Shown: positions 28,802 through 40,070, counted from the whole stretch's first letter. The stretch: DNA of 63,857 nt, filler included, from Trichomonas gallinae (GCA_008369845.1; 7 parts of 7 records of this genome joined end to end with filler, not necessarily neighbours in it); one strand, 5' to 3'. The notes: generated by a model not told the origin, from the sequence alone. Numbers and translations: made by a program.

Positions 28802-29140
28802 TATAAAAAAAAATGAAGTAGTCAAAGATTTTGAAAATTTTAAAATTACATGACATATTTCTTAATTTACATGTCGTATTATTGTTTTACACGACAAATT
28901 CTTTATTACAAAGTAAAACTCTTGATAATTATAAATTTCATCAGTTATTGACCTGTGAAAATTTACACTATAGTGGCCAAATGTCACTTTTTGCGCCATT
29001 TCGACATGTATAATTTACACATTATTACAATTGTGTCATAACTTTCTCCAAAACGCCGGATTACAGAGACTCCGAAAACCGAATAGTACGGTAAAAAACC
29101 TAATAGTGGAAAAGTGTCAAATCAATGACGTTATGATAAG

Positions 29141-29240
29141 NNNNNNNNNNNNNNNNNNNNNNNNNNNNNNNNNNNNNNNNNNNNTTAATTAATTAANNNN
29201 NNNNNNNNNNNNNNNNNNNNNNNNNNNNNNNNNNNNNNNN
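29141..29240. other. artificial contig spacer
   Basis: N44-TTAATTAATTAA-N44, giving stops in all six frames. Confidence 0.97.
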
Positions 29241-29324
29241 GGTGAGAACGAGCACCCACTCATCAGCCTTCCAGCTCGTGAGGGTGTCCGCCCATCCATC
29301 CTTGAAGGTATCGACCTCGAGTAA
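29241..29324 (+). CDS. RPS4: 40S ribosomal protein S4 (eS4), 3' fragment truncated by gap
   Basis: GENEHPLISLPAREGVRPSILEGIDLE* resembles the eS4 C-terminus (G.NKPWISLPKGKGIKLSI.EE). C-ending codon bias suggests high expression; the stop reads TAAA. Confidence 0.75.
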   Translation, partial: GENEHPLISLPAREGVRPSILEGIDLE

Positions 29325-29722
29325 ACGTCCTCAGGCAAATAGAAAGCTTGAACTTTTGAAATTAATTTTTTTTTATATTTTATTTTCATTTGATTTTTCA
29401 TTGATTTGGTTATCATATGAATGTTAATAAAAAAGCAAATTAAATACACTATTCATTATCTGCAATAAGAAAATTATTTTCGAAAATTAATATTTAATTG
29501 CTTAAAGTTCTATGAATGACTATTAAACATGTAATAAAACATGATTCAACCTATAAAACATCTTAAATACAATTTCATTATGTTTGTATTTCAATAATAA
29601 AAAAATATTCAACCGTTATAATATGCTGGTGGCATATTATGGAGTAAAGCGTATTTCAGATAAAAAACATTATTTAATATATCAGAAATAATATTAAGCT
29701 ATATATTATGTAAAAAAACAAA

Positions 29723-30157
29723 TTAATAATCATATCTTGGATCAGGTACGTATCTTGGATCATCTTCTGGTCTTGGTTGTCCATCGAAATCTTGTGGTTC
29801 TTCTCTTCTTGGTCTCTCTGATGCTGGCTTATATTCTTCAACGCGGAGTATTCTTCCACCAACTTCTCTGCCATTTAATGAATGAATGGCAGCCCTTCCT
29901 TCTTCTTCTGATGCCATCAAAACGTATGCGTAGCCACTCTTTATGCCACTCTTCTGTATTGGAATGATGACTGAGACAACTTTTCCATAAGCCTGGAAAA
30001 GCGGCCTGATGTCTTCTTCGTTCATACTATATTTGAAATTTCCGGCGTAAATCTTGAAATTTTTCTTTGCTAGAATAAGGTCATCACGTGGATCGAATGA
30101 GACGTGTGAATGACGCCTCCTTTCCGGTGCATCCCTTGAATCTCTGTTTTCACTCAT
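29723..30157 (-). CDS. single-RRM RNA-binding protein with R/D/E-rich flanks
   Basis: RNP2 KIYAGNF, RNP1 KSGYAYVLM and AIHSLNGREVGGRILRVE. Confidence 0.92.
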   Translation of the reverse strand: MSENRDSRDAPERRRHSHVSFDPRDDLILAKKNFKIYAGNFKYSMNEEDIRPLFQAYGKVVSVIIPIQKSGIKSGYAYVLMASEEEGRAAIHSLNGREVGGRILRVEEYKPASERPRREEPQDFDGQPRPEDDPRYVPDPRYDY

Positions 30158-30299
30158 TTTTTCATGTCACTTTTAATAATTTTGACATAAAAACTGACAC
30201 CTCAAAAATATCAATAAGGTTAATATTTGTTTTCCTTTCATTGCTATATTTATGTGATATATATAAGCTCTTCGTTGGTTGCAATGTCTTTATAACACC

Positions 30300-30592
30300 T
30301 ATATGTATTCTATTCATATTGATTTTAGAACCAATGAAAGGTGTAGTATAAAATGCCTTTGATTTTTACTCTTTTTTTTTGCTGCAACAAATCATAGCGT
30401 TTGACCAGCAATATTTTTCTTTCTCTTTTACATAGAAGTCAATAATGTTCTTTCTGATTTTATATATTCTTTATTCCTTTTCAGCAGCCTCAATTAAAGG
30501 TGCTTAACCTTTTTACTCCATTTTTTTCGTCGATGAAAATGTATTTTTTTTTTTCTTCTTTTGAGCAGGTTCAATTAATGGTGTTTTCTTAA
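30300..30592 (-). pseudogene. heavily decayed ankyrin-repeat remnant
   Basis: Minus-strand fragments KTPLIEPAQK, KG*APLIEAAEK, GQTL*FVAAK and TTPFIGS lie in different frames with stops. Confidence 0.45.
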
Positions 30593-30687
30593 TTTTAATA
30601 ATAATTATTATAACATGACAACATTTACTAGGGGTGAATATAAACGCTAATTTATCAATATAAAATAATACATAGATAGAAATATAA

Positions 30688-33132
30688 TTAAACAGTTTTC
30701 ATGTTCTTCAAGAACGTTGCTGCAAGCTGCGCGAAGTCTTCGTAGTCCATCAGCTGATTGAAGTACGGCACCAGGTCAGTGAGATGAGGTCTGCACTCTT
30801 TAAGCTGCGAGAACAGTGACATTAGGGAAATAATGTGTGGAAGAAGGCTTCCGTTGCTCGCCATGAATCCCTTCATAGTGTCGATCTCAGGGATGAGCGA
30901 GGGGACGAAGCAGTACGTGGCGATGTTGCTTGCGAGAGTGATAGAGTAGTATATCGCGGTGTCGTCGCCGCTCTCTGCTGTCCTCTGGAAGAAGACCTCA
31001 AGGAAGCCGGACTTGTCGAGTTCGATGAAAAGTTTCGCGCAGGGGTTCGACCTTCTGATGAGGCTCGTCAAATACCCGAGAATCTGCATGTTGCACGCGC
31101 GGCAGATTCTCAGGAGAAGAGTGTAGAAGTGCGGGTTGGTCATAACGATCTCCTTCGGCTCTGGGACCGTGTAAAGGAACAAAAGAATCTGGAACAAATT
31201 ATCTGGAAGTGGGAGTCCGTCCAAAACATACCACGATGGATCGGCTGCAAGGGTCTTCATGTGGGATGTGCTTTTGGACAGAAACTGGCAGACGACATCG
31301 AATCCGGTCGAAGAAAATTTTGCAATTTTGATTAATTTGGAGCAAAGGCGTCTAGAATTCGGTAATTCGGCATAAAGCAAGGCCTTCATAAGATCTGGAA
31401 GGATAACTTCGTCATCAAGCTGCTCTAAAACATTTACGAAATTGATTTCATCGATTTGTGGTTTTAAGTGTGTCAGCATTCTATAGGCCATGGCTGCTGT
31501 CTTGGAAGATGTAGATTTCGTGAATTGAGCAACGACAGGCCTAATGTACTGCATTCTTTCGTTACAATAAGGTGGATTCGTTTGAATGACGTCGTAGAAT
31601 AGACAGAGGAAGTAGTAGCCGCTGTCTATATTCATGTAAACGTTGGAATTTCTCAGGAGAAGGTCTAAAATTGTTGTTGAACGCGAATCATTAATTCTTT
31701 TGATGTAATGCGAAGCGAGAAAAATCATTTCTGCTGGTTTGACTTGAACATAGTAAATAAGGAGCTGTTCTAAGTCTTGATTTACTGTTTCTGGCTTGAA
31801 TTGGAAGATTAATGCGAGAATATCGAGAGAAATGTTAATCTGATTGTCTGTTTGACTTGGAAGTCTTGGAATAAGCTGTCCATAGTAGCATGTATCGATG
31901 AATGCGATGTTTTGCAAAATCAAATCGCGATAACATTTCAAAGTATTTTCAATCAAATCAGGCGGACCTTCAGCGAAGACCTTTGACGTCAAATTGAACA
32001 ATCTTTCATGATGCTGCGTTCTAATTTTAGGAATTTGTTTTTTGAAGTTTTGAATGAAATTTGGATCAAATACATTGGCAATTAGAGGCCAGTTTACCGC
32101 ATTTCTGTCGGCAGCCATTGGTTCTACGCCAGCTGCGTTGCTTTCTCGCCTTCTTCTGATTCTTTTTTCTTCTTCTTCGATATTTACGTGTGGAGTTTGC
32201 TGAATCGCGAGTTGGTTGTTGTATTCTTGCTGAGCTCTACCCAGAGTTTGAATAATATGTGGAATTTTTTGAATATCAAAATTCGCGAATTTAACTTGGC
32301 CGCTTGCGATCAAGTTATAGATTTCTTCAGCCGTGGGACGCTGATCTGGAAGTCCCCAGCATCTAACTATAAGATTTTGAAGCTCCATTGGCGTCCTGGA
32401 AGAAAATTCTGGATAAACATTTCTATTTTGAGCGAGATGAGACAATTCTTCCTTCGTATAGCGGTTATAAGCTATGTGGCGTTCAGACATCTCATATAAA
32501 AGCATGCCGAACGAGAAAATATCGACTGATGTATCATATCCTGTATTTCCGAAAACTTCTGGCGCCATATACATCGGTGTACCTGCGGGCTGCCAGTATC
32601 CAGTATTCATGAACTGCGCAATTCCAAAATCAGCGATGCAAGGCAAATAATCGTCATTAAGCAATATATTTGACGCCTTGATGTCACGATGTATCAGTCC
32701 AATCGAGCTCATGTGCGCTAAGCCCAAAGAAACGCCAAGAGCGACAGTTGTTAATATTTTCGGAGAAATGTGGTCTTTATGGAAGAGAATCTTGTTTAAC
32801 GTACTTTTTGGCTGAAATTCTGCAATAATTGAGTAAGGTTCTTCGATTGTGAAGCCTACAAGCTTCACTGTGAATCTAGATCTGCAGGAAGCTGTCGCGA
32901 AGACTTCTTGCACGTATTTCTGTTCGAGGGCCTCTTTGAGTCTCTCGCGTTTCAACTGTTTGATCGCAACTTCTTTCCCAGACACAGAATCAGTTCCATG
33001 GTGAACAACTCCATATCCGCCGGATCCAATCTCGTAGTCGAAGTTGAATTCGCTGATCTTGCGCACATAATATGGGAAAATCTTCGCAAGGGTAAAAATA
33101 TCGCGAGGAATGCTGACATTTTTTTCACCCAT
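30688..33132 (-). CDS. TKL-family protein kinase with C-terminal ARM/HEAT-like region
   Basis: IGSGGYG, VAIK, HRDIKASNILL, DFG, GTPMYMAPE and DIFSFG, followed by a long helical C-terminal part. Confidence 0.94.
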   Translation of the reverse strand: MGEKNVSIPRDIFTLAKIFPYYVRKISEFNFDYEIGSGGYGVVHHGTDSVSGKEVAIKQLKRERLKEALEQKYVQEVFATASCRSRFTVKLVGFTIEEPYSIIAEFQPKSTLNKILFHKDHISPKILTTVALGVSLGLAHMSSIGLIHRDIKASNILLNDDYLPCIADFGIAQFMNTGYWQPAGTPMYMAPEVFGNTGYDTSVDIFSFGMLLYEMSERHIAYNRYTKEELSHLAQNRNVYPEFSSRTPMELQNLIVRCWGLPDQRPTAEEIYNLIASGQVKFANFDIQKIPHIIQTLGRAQQEYNNQLAIQQTPHVNIEEEEKRIRRRRESNAAGVEPMAADRNAVNWPLIANVFDPNFIQNFKKQIPKIRTQHHERLFNLTSKVFAEGPPDLIENTLKCYRDLILQNIAFIDTCYYGQLIPRLPSQTDNQINISLDILALIFQFKPETVNQDLEQLLIYYVQVKPAEMIFLASHYIKRINDSRSTTILDLLLRNSNVYMNIDSGYYFLCLFYDVIQTNPPYCNERMQYIRPVVAQFTKSTSSKTAAMAYRMLTHLKPQIDEINFVNVLEQLDDEVILPDLMKALLYAELPNSRRLCSKLIKIAKFSSTGFDVVCQFLSKSTSHMKTLAADPSWYVLDGLPLPDNLFQILLFLYTVPEPKEIVMTNPHFYTLLLRICRACNMQILGYLTSLIRRSNPCAKLFIELDKSGFLEVFFQRTAESGDDTAIYYSITLASNIATYCFVPSLIPEIDTMKGFMASNGSLLPHIISLMSLFSQLKECRPHLTDLVPYFNQLMDYEDFAQLAATFLKNMKTV

Positions 33133-33864
33133 TTTCGATTTGAGGTAAAAAGTGACTTTTCAAGAATTAAAACTCAAATATTGGGTCTATAAATTGTAAT
33201 GAGCATTTCTCTCTAAAAAACTTCATAAAATATTTTTTTTATTCGGGAATTTTTTTATTATTTTTTTATTATTTTTAACTTTTTTATACTCATGTTTGAT
33301 AATATTTAAATGTAAAATTACAAAATGAAAATAATTTATTTTTAAATTTAGAATATTTATCGAAACTAGAGTGTTTTCCTTCAATTTTTGCGATTTTTTG
33401 AATTTTATTTAATGAAAAACTCGGAAATTCACATTGTGAACACGATTTATGAAATATACTAACTAATTTCTATGTACTTATATAGGAATTTTGGATAAAA
33501 TTGATAATATTTTTTTGAAAATTTGGATATTGCATCAATGTACGTTTAAACAACGGATTTGAATTAGATCAATGAATGAAATAAAATAGAACTTCCTGAA
33601 AGATTTTTTTTGCCCTTATTTGTTGGAAAAATTTCCTCAAATTTTGAGCCACTTTCTACTATAATTTAGAATACATATATCAACTTAAACAATTTGGCAA
33701 ATACACTTTCACCGAAAGTCAGATATTTTTCCAATTTTTCAATAATTAAACAACCTAAACAGAAGATTTAACGCAAAATAATATATGTATATATCATTTC
33801 CACGTTTAAAAAAAAGTAAAATTTTCAGAAATAAAAAACCATAAAATTTTCAAAAAAATTAAAA

Positions 33865-34149
33865 ATTTAGCATAAAATAGTATATAATATTGCAAGATAA
33901 ATGATTAAAAATGATAAAAAATTTATATTCAAAGAAAAACTAAAAATAGAATAATATAAAGTATGATAGTGCTAAATATAAGATTAAAAAAGCAAAAATT
34001 TTTTATAAATCAAAGAAAATTTTAAAAATATCCAATAAGATCAAATATTTAGCATAAAATAGTATATAATAATGATAAATATAAAATAAAAAAATAAAAT
34101 TGACAGAAAACTAAAAAATAATATAAAATGATGTATTATAGTGCTAAAT
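33865..34149. repeat. two ~105-113-bp A-rich units (period ~180), each bounded by the inverted repeat ATTTAGCA/TGCTAAAT
   Basis: atttagcataaaatagtatataata is identical at 33865 and 34047; atagtgctaaat ends at 33977 and 34149. Confidence 0.75.
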
Positions 34150-34263
34150 CTGATGAAAAAATAAAATTAAGAAGAAAAAAGTGGCTTCGTAAACTAAAGA
34201 ATTGTTCAACCAAGGCCTAATGTCAAAACCGCTGATTTTTCTTTCCTAAATTTTTTTTAAAGT

Positions 34264-35610
34264 ATGGCTCAGAACATTGATATCACTAAGTTTGATTCAT
34301 CATCACCAGAAATTATCGTCAACCAATCCACAATCAATATCGGTACAATCGGACACGTCGCACACGGTAAATCTACTGTTGTTCGCGCTATATCCGGCGT
34401 TACAACAATTAGATGGAAAATAGAACTCGAACGTAATATTACAATTCGTCTCGGTTACGCAAATGCTAAAATTTACAAATGCCCATCATGCCCGACACCA
34501 CAATGCTATCAATCTAAAAATTCTGAAATCTTAACTGATCCAAAGTGCCAGCACTGCGGTTCTACACTCGAACTCATTCGCCACGTCTCATTTGTCGACT
34601 GCCCAGGTCACGATGTTCTCATGGCTACAATGCTTAACGGTACTGCAGTTATGGACGCTGCTTTACTTCTCATTGCTGCTAACGAACAATGCCCACAACC
34701 ACAGACATGCGAGCATCTTGCAGCTGTCGAAATTATGAATCTTAAAAACATTATCATCCTCCAGAACAAGATTGACCTTGTTCGCCAGGATGAGGCCGCT
34801 GAGCAGTATCAGGCTATCCTTAAATACACAGCAACAACAAATGCTCGTGGTTCTCCAGTTATTCCAGTTTCTGCACAGCTCGGATTCGGTATCGATGCTG
34901 CCATTGAGCGTATCGTCGAGGCCATCCCAGTCCCAATGCGTGACTACTCAGCTCCAGCTCGTATGGTTGTTATCAGATCTTTCGATATTAACCATCCAGG
35001 CTCTGATGTTCGCAAGCTCGAAGGTGGTGTCGCTGGTGGTTCCATCCTTGTTGGATGCCTCCGCCTTGGTGAAGATATTGAAATCAGACCAGGTCAATTA
35101 GAGAAGAAGGAGGATGGCACACCAATCTGCATCATCCGCCGTGCTAAGATCACATCCCTTAAGGCTGATAATAACCCACTTCAGTTCGCCGTCCCAGGTG
35201 GTCTCATCGGTGTTGGAACAACACTCGATCCATCATTATGCAGAGCTGATAGACTTGCTGGCCAAGTTATCGGCCAACCAGGCGCACTCCCAGATGTATA
35301 TATACAGCTTACAGTATCTTTCAGATTGCTTCACTCGCTCCTCGGTGTCGTCAACTCCAAGAGCGCAGCTGATACAAAGATCGCTAACCTCAAGCTCAAG
35401 GAAGTTCTCATGGTTAACGTTGGTTCTACATCAACAGGTGCACAGGTCATCGGTATCAAGGACCAGTACGCTATCCTTCAGCTCAGAGAGCCAGTCTGCA
35501 CAAACGTCGGCGAGAGAATCGCCCTCTCAAGAAAGGTAGAGAGGACATGGAGGCTTATTGGCTGGGCCAGTATCCTCAAGGGCGAAACAATCACAACATT
35601 GGAGCCATAA
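34264..35610 (+). CDS. EIF2S3: translation initiation factor eIF2 gamma subunit
   Basis: INIGTIGHVAHGKST, ELERNITIRLGYAN, HVSFVDCPGHDVLMATMLNG, QNKID and WRLIGW. Confidence 0.98.
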   Translation: MAQNIDITKFDSSSPEIIVNQSTINIGTIGHVAHGKSTVVRAISGVTTIRWKIELERNITIRLGYANAKIYKCPSCPTPQCYQSKNSEILTDPKCQHCGSTLELIRHVSFVDCPGHDVLMATMLNGTAVMDAALLLIAANEQCPQPQTCEHLAAVEIMNLKNIIILQNKIDLVRQDEAAEQYQAILKYTATTNARGSPVIPVSAQLGFGIDAAIERIVEAIPVPMRDYSAPARMVVIRSFDINHPGSDVRKLEGGVAGGSILVGCLRLGEDIEIRPGQLEKKEDGTPICIIRRAKITSLKADNNPLQFAVPGGLIGVGTTLDPSLCRADRLAGQVIGQPGALPDVYIQLTVSFRLLHSLLGVVNSKSAADTKIANLKLKEVLMVNVGSTSTGAQVIGIKDQYAILQLREPVCTNVGERIALSRKVERTWRLIGWASILKGETITTLEP

Positions 35611-36261
35611 AGATTATATTAATTACGAGTTCTATAAATTATTAAAAATTAGAAATTTTTATATGAATATCTTTTTTTTTCTCTCGCAACTGTTATATAA
35701 ATCCATGAAGACATTTCTTTTCCTTATAATATCAATCAAAATCGTTGCATATCTTTGCTAGAAATAAAATATTTTCTTATTGATTAAATTAGTACACAAA
35801 GTAAATGATAAATCTAAATAACCAACTGTAAATTCGTAATTTTGTTAATGTTTTCTTGAGAAAAATCAATTTTGATAAAAGAAATGTTGGTTTTTTAGAG
35901 GACACAATGCTATGAATACGTATTATTTGTTGCAGTACCAAATTAAATATTAGGTGATAAAATAGAGGGCTTGGCTTCAGGATAATTTCTGATTATGAAA
36001 TATTATTTCGATTTTGGACCAAAACAATAGAATTACTTTGCTTACTTCGAAGATAATTTACCTCTCAACAGAAACAGAAAATACTTGAATAAGAAATGCG
36101 CAAAAATAATTTTCTCATTTACAAATTGTTGTCTCTAAATGATGTTCGTATGAAAATATCATAGAGGAGGGAGGGTTGAATGCGATAATAATTCCAAAAA
36201 TACATATTTGCCGTAAATAATTATATAAAATTAGGTGAAAAACTCTAAGAAATGGAAAAAT

Positions 36262-36390
36262 TCTTGAGGAGCTGTGCGAAACGGATCACACGATGCTTAC
36301 CGTTTGAGAACCTCGATTGTGCGGTCAAACTGGCGGAGACTTACCACGAAACAAGCCACCGTGTAATGACCAAAAAATGGTCCGGCCACA
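36262..36390. ncRNA. candidate structured non-coding RNA (two interrupted hairpins), family unassigned
   Basis: GC-rich island in an AT-rich spacer. Stems read on the minus strand: GAGG/CCTC plus AAACGG/CCGTTT, and GGTCA/TGACC plus GGTGG/CCGCC. Confidence 0.35.
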
Positions 36391-37614
36391 CCTCTCAATT
36401 TTTTTGAATTGTTTACAATTTACAAACTTAAAAACTGAAGTAACCACAAAAATACAAACTACTACCATAAAACATCCCAAATACAAAAAGAAACTGCCCA
36501 AAATGCGATATTTACTCGAAAAAGATAAAAACATGAAATCGAGCTTGCTCAATGCTTGCATATTCTTCAAAATAGCTAACTATCTAATTTCCATATAACA
36601 AAATTCCATTTCATGCATAATTTGGATTGTAGATTTAAACATTCATCAATTATAATGGAAATTGGGAAAAATGGATGCGTGTAATAATTGGGTAATATAT
36701 AATGAATCAACAGTATTATAAGCATGGAATTATAAGATTGATTTTAGAGACGCATATTGCGATTTCATAATGTAACATGGTAAAAACATGTATCTCGATG
36801 TAATAATAGTATAAAATAGTCGGCGTATTGATATATTTAATTCTTGTCCATAATAATCATGTATTTCCTAACTTGATATTTTTATTTTTCGATATTATTG
36901 TGTTCTCGTTGCACAGAACACTATAGTTCTACTATGGCAGTATTATGCAAATACTGAATACAAATTATCTCGATGAGGTTTTTGTTTGCAAAGCATTGAG
37001 CATTGAGATTTTCAATTTCCTGTCCCGTTTTCGTATTCTATTTGATGAACACTACTAGCATATATGTTTTATTTATTTTATTAATTTTTTTTGACATTTT
37101 GACATTTACAAATTATCTCAAACAAAATACAAATTGAATGAAAAAAACTGATCTACTTGATAATTTAGTATTATTTCATTTGTATAGCTTTTAATATAGG
37201 TTAATATTATATTATGTATAATAAATAATGAGAAAAGATGGATAGAATTTGTAATAATCTAATGAATTGGAAGAATTAATAATTTAACATTATCATTATG
37301 GAGTAATAGTTATATAAGTGATTTTAAAGGTTAATATTAAGATTTCATAGAATAAAATTAATGATTAAAAAATGCCATGTAAATAAAAAATATGACATCT
37401 TTACATGGAAAATATTTTTGGAGAAAGGAAGATTTTTGTATAATAATCGGTCTGCAGTTCGTTTTGGTCGGTAGTTTAAATTCAATATTTTTGAGAAGCT
37501 CGCATAGAAAAAATTGAAGCATTAATTCAATTGACTTTATAATATTATTCTATTTTATCTGTAAAGCCTAAAACCGCGATAATAAAATTGAGAGTGAGCG
37601 GTTTTTAAATTTAT

Positions 37615-38301
37615 ATGCGGTCTAATCGGAGTAGATCAATTAATTCTCTGAGGGACCATTTGATGTCGAGCGATAAAGCGTCGAGTGATGATGTTAGCGA
37701 GGAAATGCATCATTCTAAACCATCAAAGAGTAGTGCAGGGCATATCTCTGGAAGCATGTCTGCTGCCACGTTGAAAACAATGAATCAGGATAGACATGAC
37801 AATGCACAACTTGATGCAAGCTCAAAACATTTCCAAATCTTTAGTGAAGATGAGTTTGCCAAATTATTAGCTGAAAGAGTCAATAAAAGCGGTCAAAACC
37901 CCGATTCGACAGCTGATGATGTCGACAATGTTGATAAATTCTTTGAATCAATGTTTTTGGCCATTTCTGAGACAAATTCACGCTTTTCAGTTGCTTCTGA
38001 GCTCAGTGGTAAGGAATTACCACCAGTAACAGAGACTAAACCGTGCACGTTCTTCACTCTAGAACGAGAACTGATTAACTCTGAAAAAGACTTGGAGGAT
38101 TTTCAATATTATTATTTAGGCTTTGAAAAACCAAAGAAGCGTCGTGGAATGGATTCTTCGAGGATTGCTCCGTTCTCAGACAAATTCCGTGAGTGGGAAC
38201 TCGCAGGAAAGTCTTATCGAGTTATTCCAAATCCTCAGCGCCTTAAGAGCTTCTCGACTTCTATGGATTTTTTTCAAATACGGAATACAAGGCGTTCATG
38301 A
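37615..38301 (+). CDS. hypothetical protein, probably the 5' part of one gene with 38298..39416
   Basis: 228-aa ORF preceded by AGCGGTT. Its stop overlaps the next ATG (ATGA), and a T7 run at 38268-38274 allows a -1 join. Confidence 0.65.
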   Translation: MRSNRSRSINSLRDHLMSSDKASSDDVSEEMHHSKPSKSSAGHISGSMSAATLKTMNQDRHDNAQLDASSKHFQIFSEDEFAKLLAERVNKSGQNPDSTADDVDNVDKFFESMFLAISETNSRFSVASELSGKELPPVTETKPCTFFTLERELINSEKDLEDFQYYYLGFEKPKKRRGMDSSRIAPFSDKFREWELAGKSYRVIPNPQRLKSFSTSMDFFQIRNTRRS

Positions 38302-39416
38302 GTGGATCGGAATACCTTGTACCCGAGCTAGATACAGAAATGAATTACATGGATTCACAACTAGAACAATCACGACAGTTAGATGAATTAACCATCGATT
38401 ATCTTAAATATAGGAACTCCCTCATCCGCAGGTCAAAGATCGGCCCCGGTTCTCAACTCTCAGCAAGCATTGATTCTCTCGTCAAGAAGAAAGAGAAATG
38501 CGATCACATGATTAGAATAATCAACGATGACCATTATTCGGAATATCGTCCTTTCGTATTTATGAGGCCAAACACGATTTATTCGATTCCATTTCCAGCA
38601 ATTTGCAGGGAAACGATGGCAAAACTCGCATTCCTCGTCATATTTATTGACCATAATATCCTAAAATCGCCAGAATATTCGCTCACAACGTGTATTGGAG
38701 AATTATTGAAAATAATCTGCTTCATTGAGCGCAAGAAGCCAGATTTACCGTATCACCTCATAGCTCCTCCGAACACAGTCATCTTTATTCACTTATTCTT
38801 CTCAATTATTTCCCGACTTGAAGAATACACGAACGATCCTCAGCTTCTCTCAGCGCTTGCTTCTTTTGAGATCATGGACTATCAGTTTAACATCCCATTC
38901 ATCGAAAAAGATCTCAAACGTTTCAATAAAAATATTAAAGATGGCGGCTGCCTTGCGAAAGTCTATTTTGAGCTCAAGAATGCGAGTGTAGCAGTCATTA
39001 TTGCTGAGGTCCTCAAGGAGTTTAACTCCGCTTATTCATATTTGAATGGCGATTTAGATCTCGACCATTATTACGCACATGAGAGGATATTCTTCAAGGG
39101 AAAGAGACTCTGTGGCGTCAAATTTGGCTTCAAAGACGGTTTGGTTACTTGCGAAACTTCAGAACCACAAGAAATGGTAAAGAAGTTCTCTAAAGTTCCA
39201 ATTTTAACCCAAACGGACGTCTCATCATCGATTTCTATGTTTATTGATTCCAAATTAGATCAGGATGAAAATGATAATATTCTCCTTTTAGAAGAAACAT
39301 ACCAGAAACAAGGATTACAGTTCAAACCAAAAGTTATTGCAACAACTTCAGCGAAGAAGTCAAACACTTTGCAATTTGTTCCAGAAACAACTGACTTTTT
39401 CTTCAAATTGACTTAA
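38298..39416 (+). CDS. hypothetical protein, probably the 3' part of the same gene
   Basis: 372-aa ORF whose frame is open from 38247. No AT-rich promoter spacer precedes it. Confidence 0.65.
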   Translation: MSGSEYLVPELDTEMNYMDSQLEQSRQLDELTIDYLKYRNSLIRRSKIGPGSQLSASIDSLVKKKEKCDHMIRIINDDHYSEYRPFVFMRPNTIYSIPFPAICRETMAKLAFLVIFIDHNILKSPEYSLTTCIGELLKIICFIERKKPDLPYHLIAPPNTVIFIHLFFSIISRLEEYTNDPQLLSALASFEIMDYQFNIPFIEKDLKRFNKNIKDGGCLAKVYFELKNASVAVIIAEVLKEFNSAYSYLNGDLDLDHYYAHERIFFKGKRLCGVKFGFKDGLVTCETSEPQEMVKKFSKVPILTQTDVSSSISMFIDSKLDQDENDNILLLEETYQKQGLQFKPKVIATTSAKKSNTLQFVPETTDFFFKLT

Positions 39417-40070
39417 TCCCGTCAACAGTTTTCTTCTGTCTCATCGATCCACTATATTATCATTTCTCTGATTTGTTAGTTCATCTTGGCATTTTACCAA
39501 TCTATCTAATTTTATTTCTATCTTTCATAAATTATTATTGTTCTGTTCTCATCATAATTCGATGTTTTTACACACTCTTCTACAACTCTCAATTTTTTTT
39601 GTTTCATGGTATTTGATATTAATTTCTAGACAAAATTTGATTAGATATTTATCATTATCCAGCTTTCTTTGATATGATTTTTATAGACTTATCATAAAGA
39701 CTCCTTCCTATATTTGCTGAAGGACTATATTTTATAGTCACATAAATAATTGTCAGCAAAGAAAAATATCATTGAAGGAAAAAAAAAAAAATATCAGCAC
39801 TAATAAAATTGAATGAAGTACATGTTTGAAATAGGGCGAAATAGACATGAATAACAGCAATACATAGTTAAAATGCTTGAAAAAATTATGAACAAGTCAG
39901 ACATCTTATCAAATCTTTTGGTATTCAGATAATCATCAAAAAATAGACCCATCATTATTTATCAAGTTGTTGCATCATGTATTTATCTTAATGACGAACA
40001 TACCATGTCTCTATCATTAGTTTCTGTTTTCGAGTATATATCATAAGAAAGAAGAGTTATTCAGTGAGAT

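Noticed and set aside
29185..29196. TTAATTAATTAA palindrome recurring six times
   Set aside because: Always centred in 100-nt N blocks, so it is an assembly linker and not biology.
36262..36312. Hammerhead-like core (TTGAGGA-GC..GC-GAAAC..GTT)
   Set aside because: C3 is missing, stem II is only 2 bp, and stem I cannot form next to the cleavage site.
39468..40003. Minus-strand intron (GTATGT ... ACTAACAAATCAG)
   Set aside because: The 3' motif deviates from ACTAACACACAG spacing, the ~530-nt length exceeds typical trichomonad introns, and no credible flanking exons exist.
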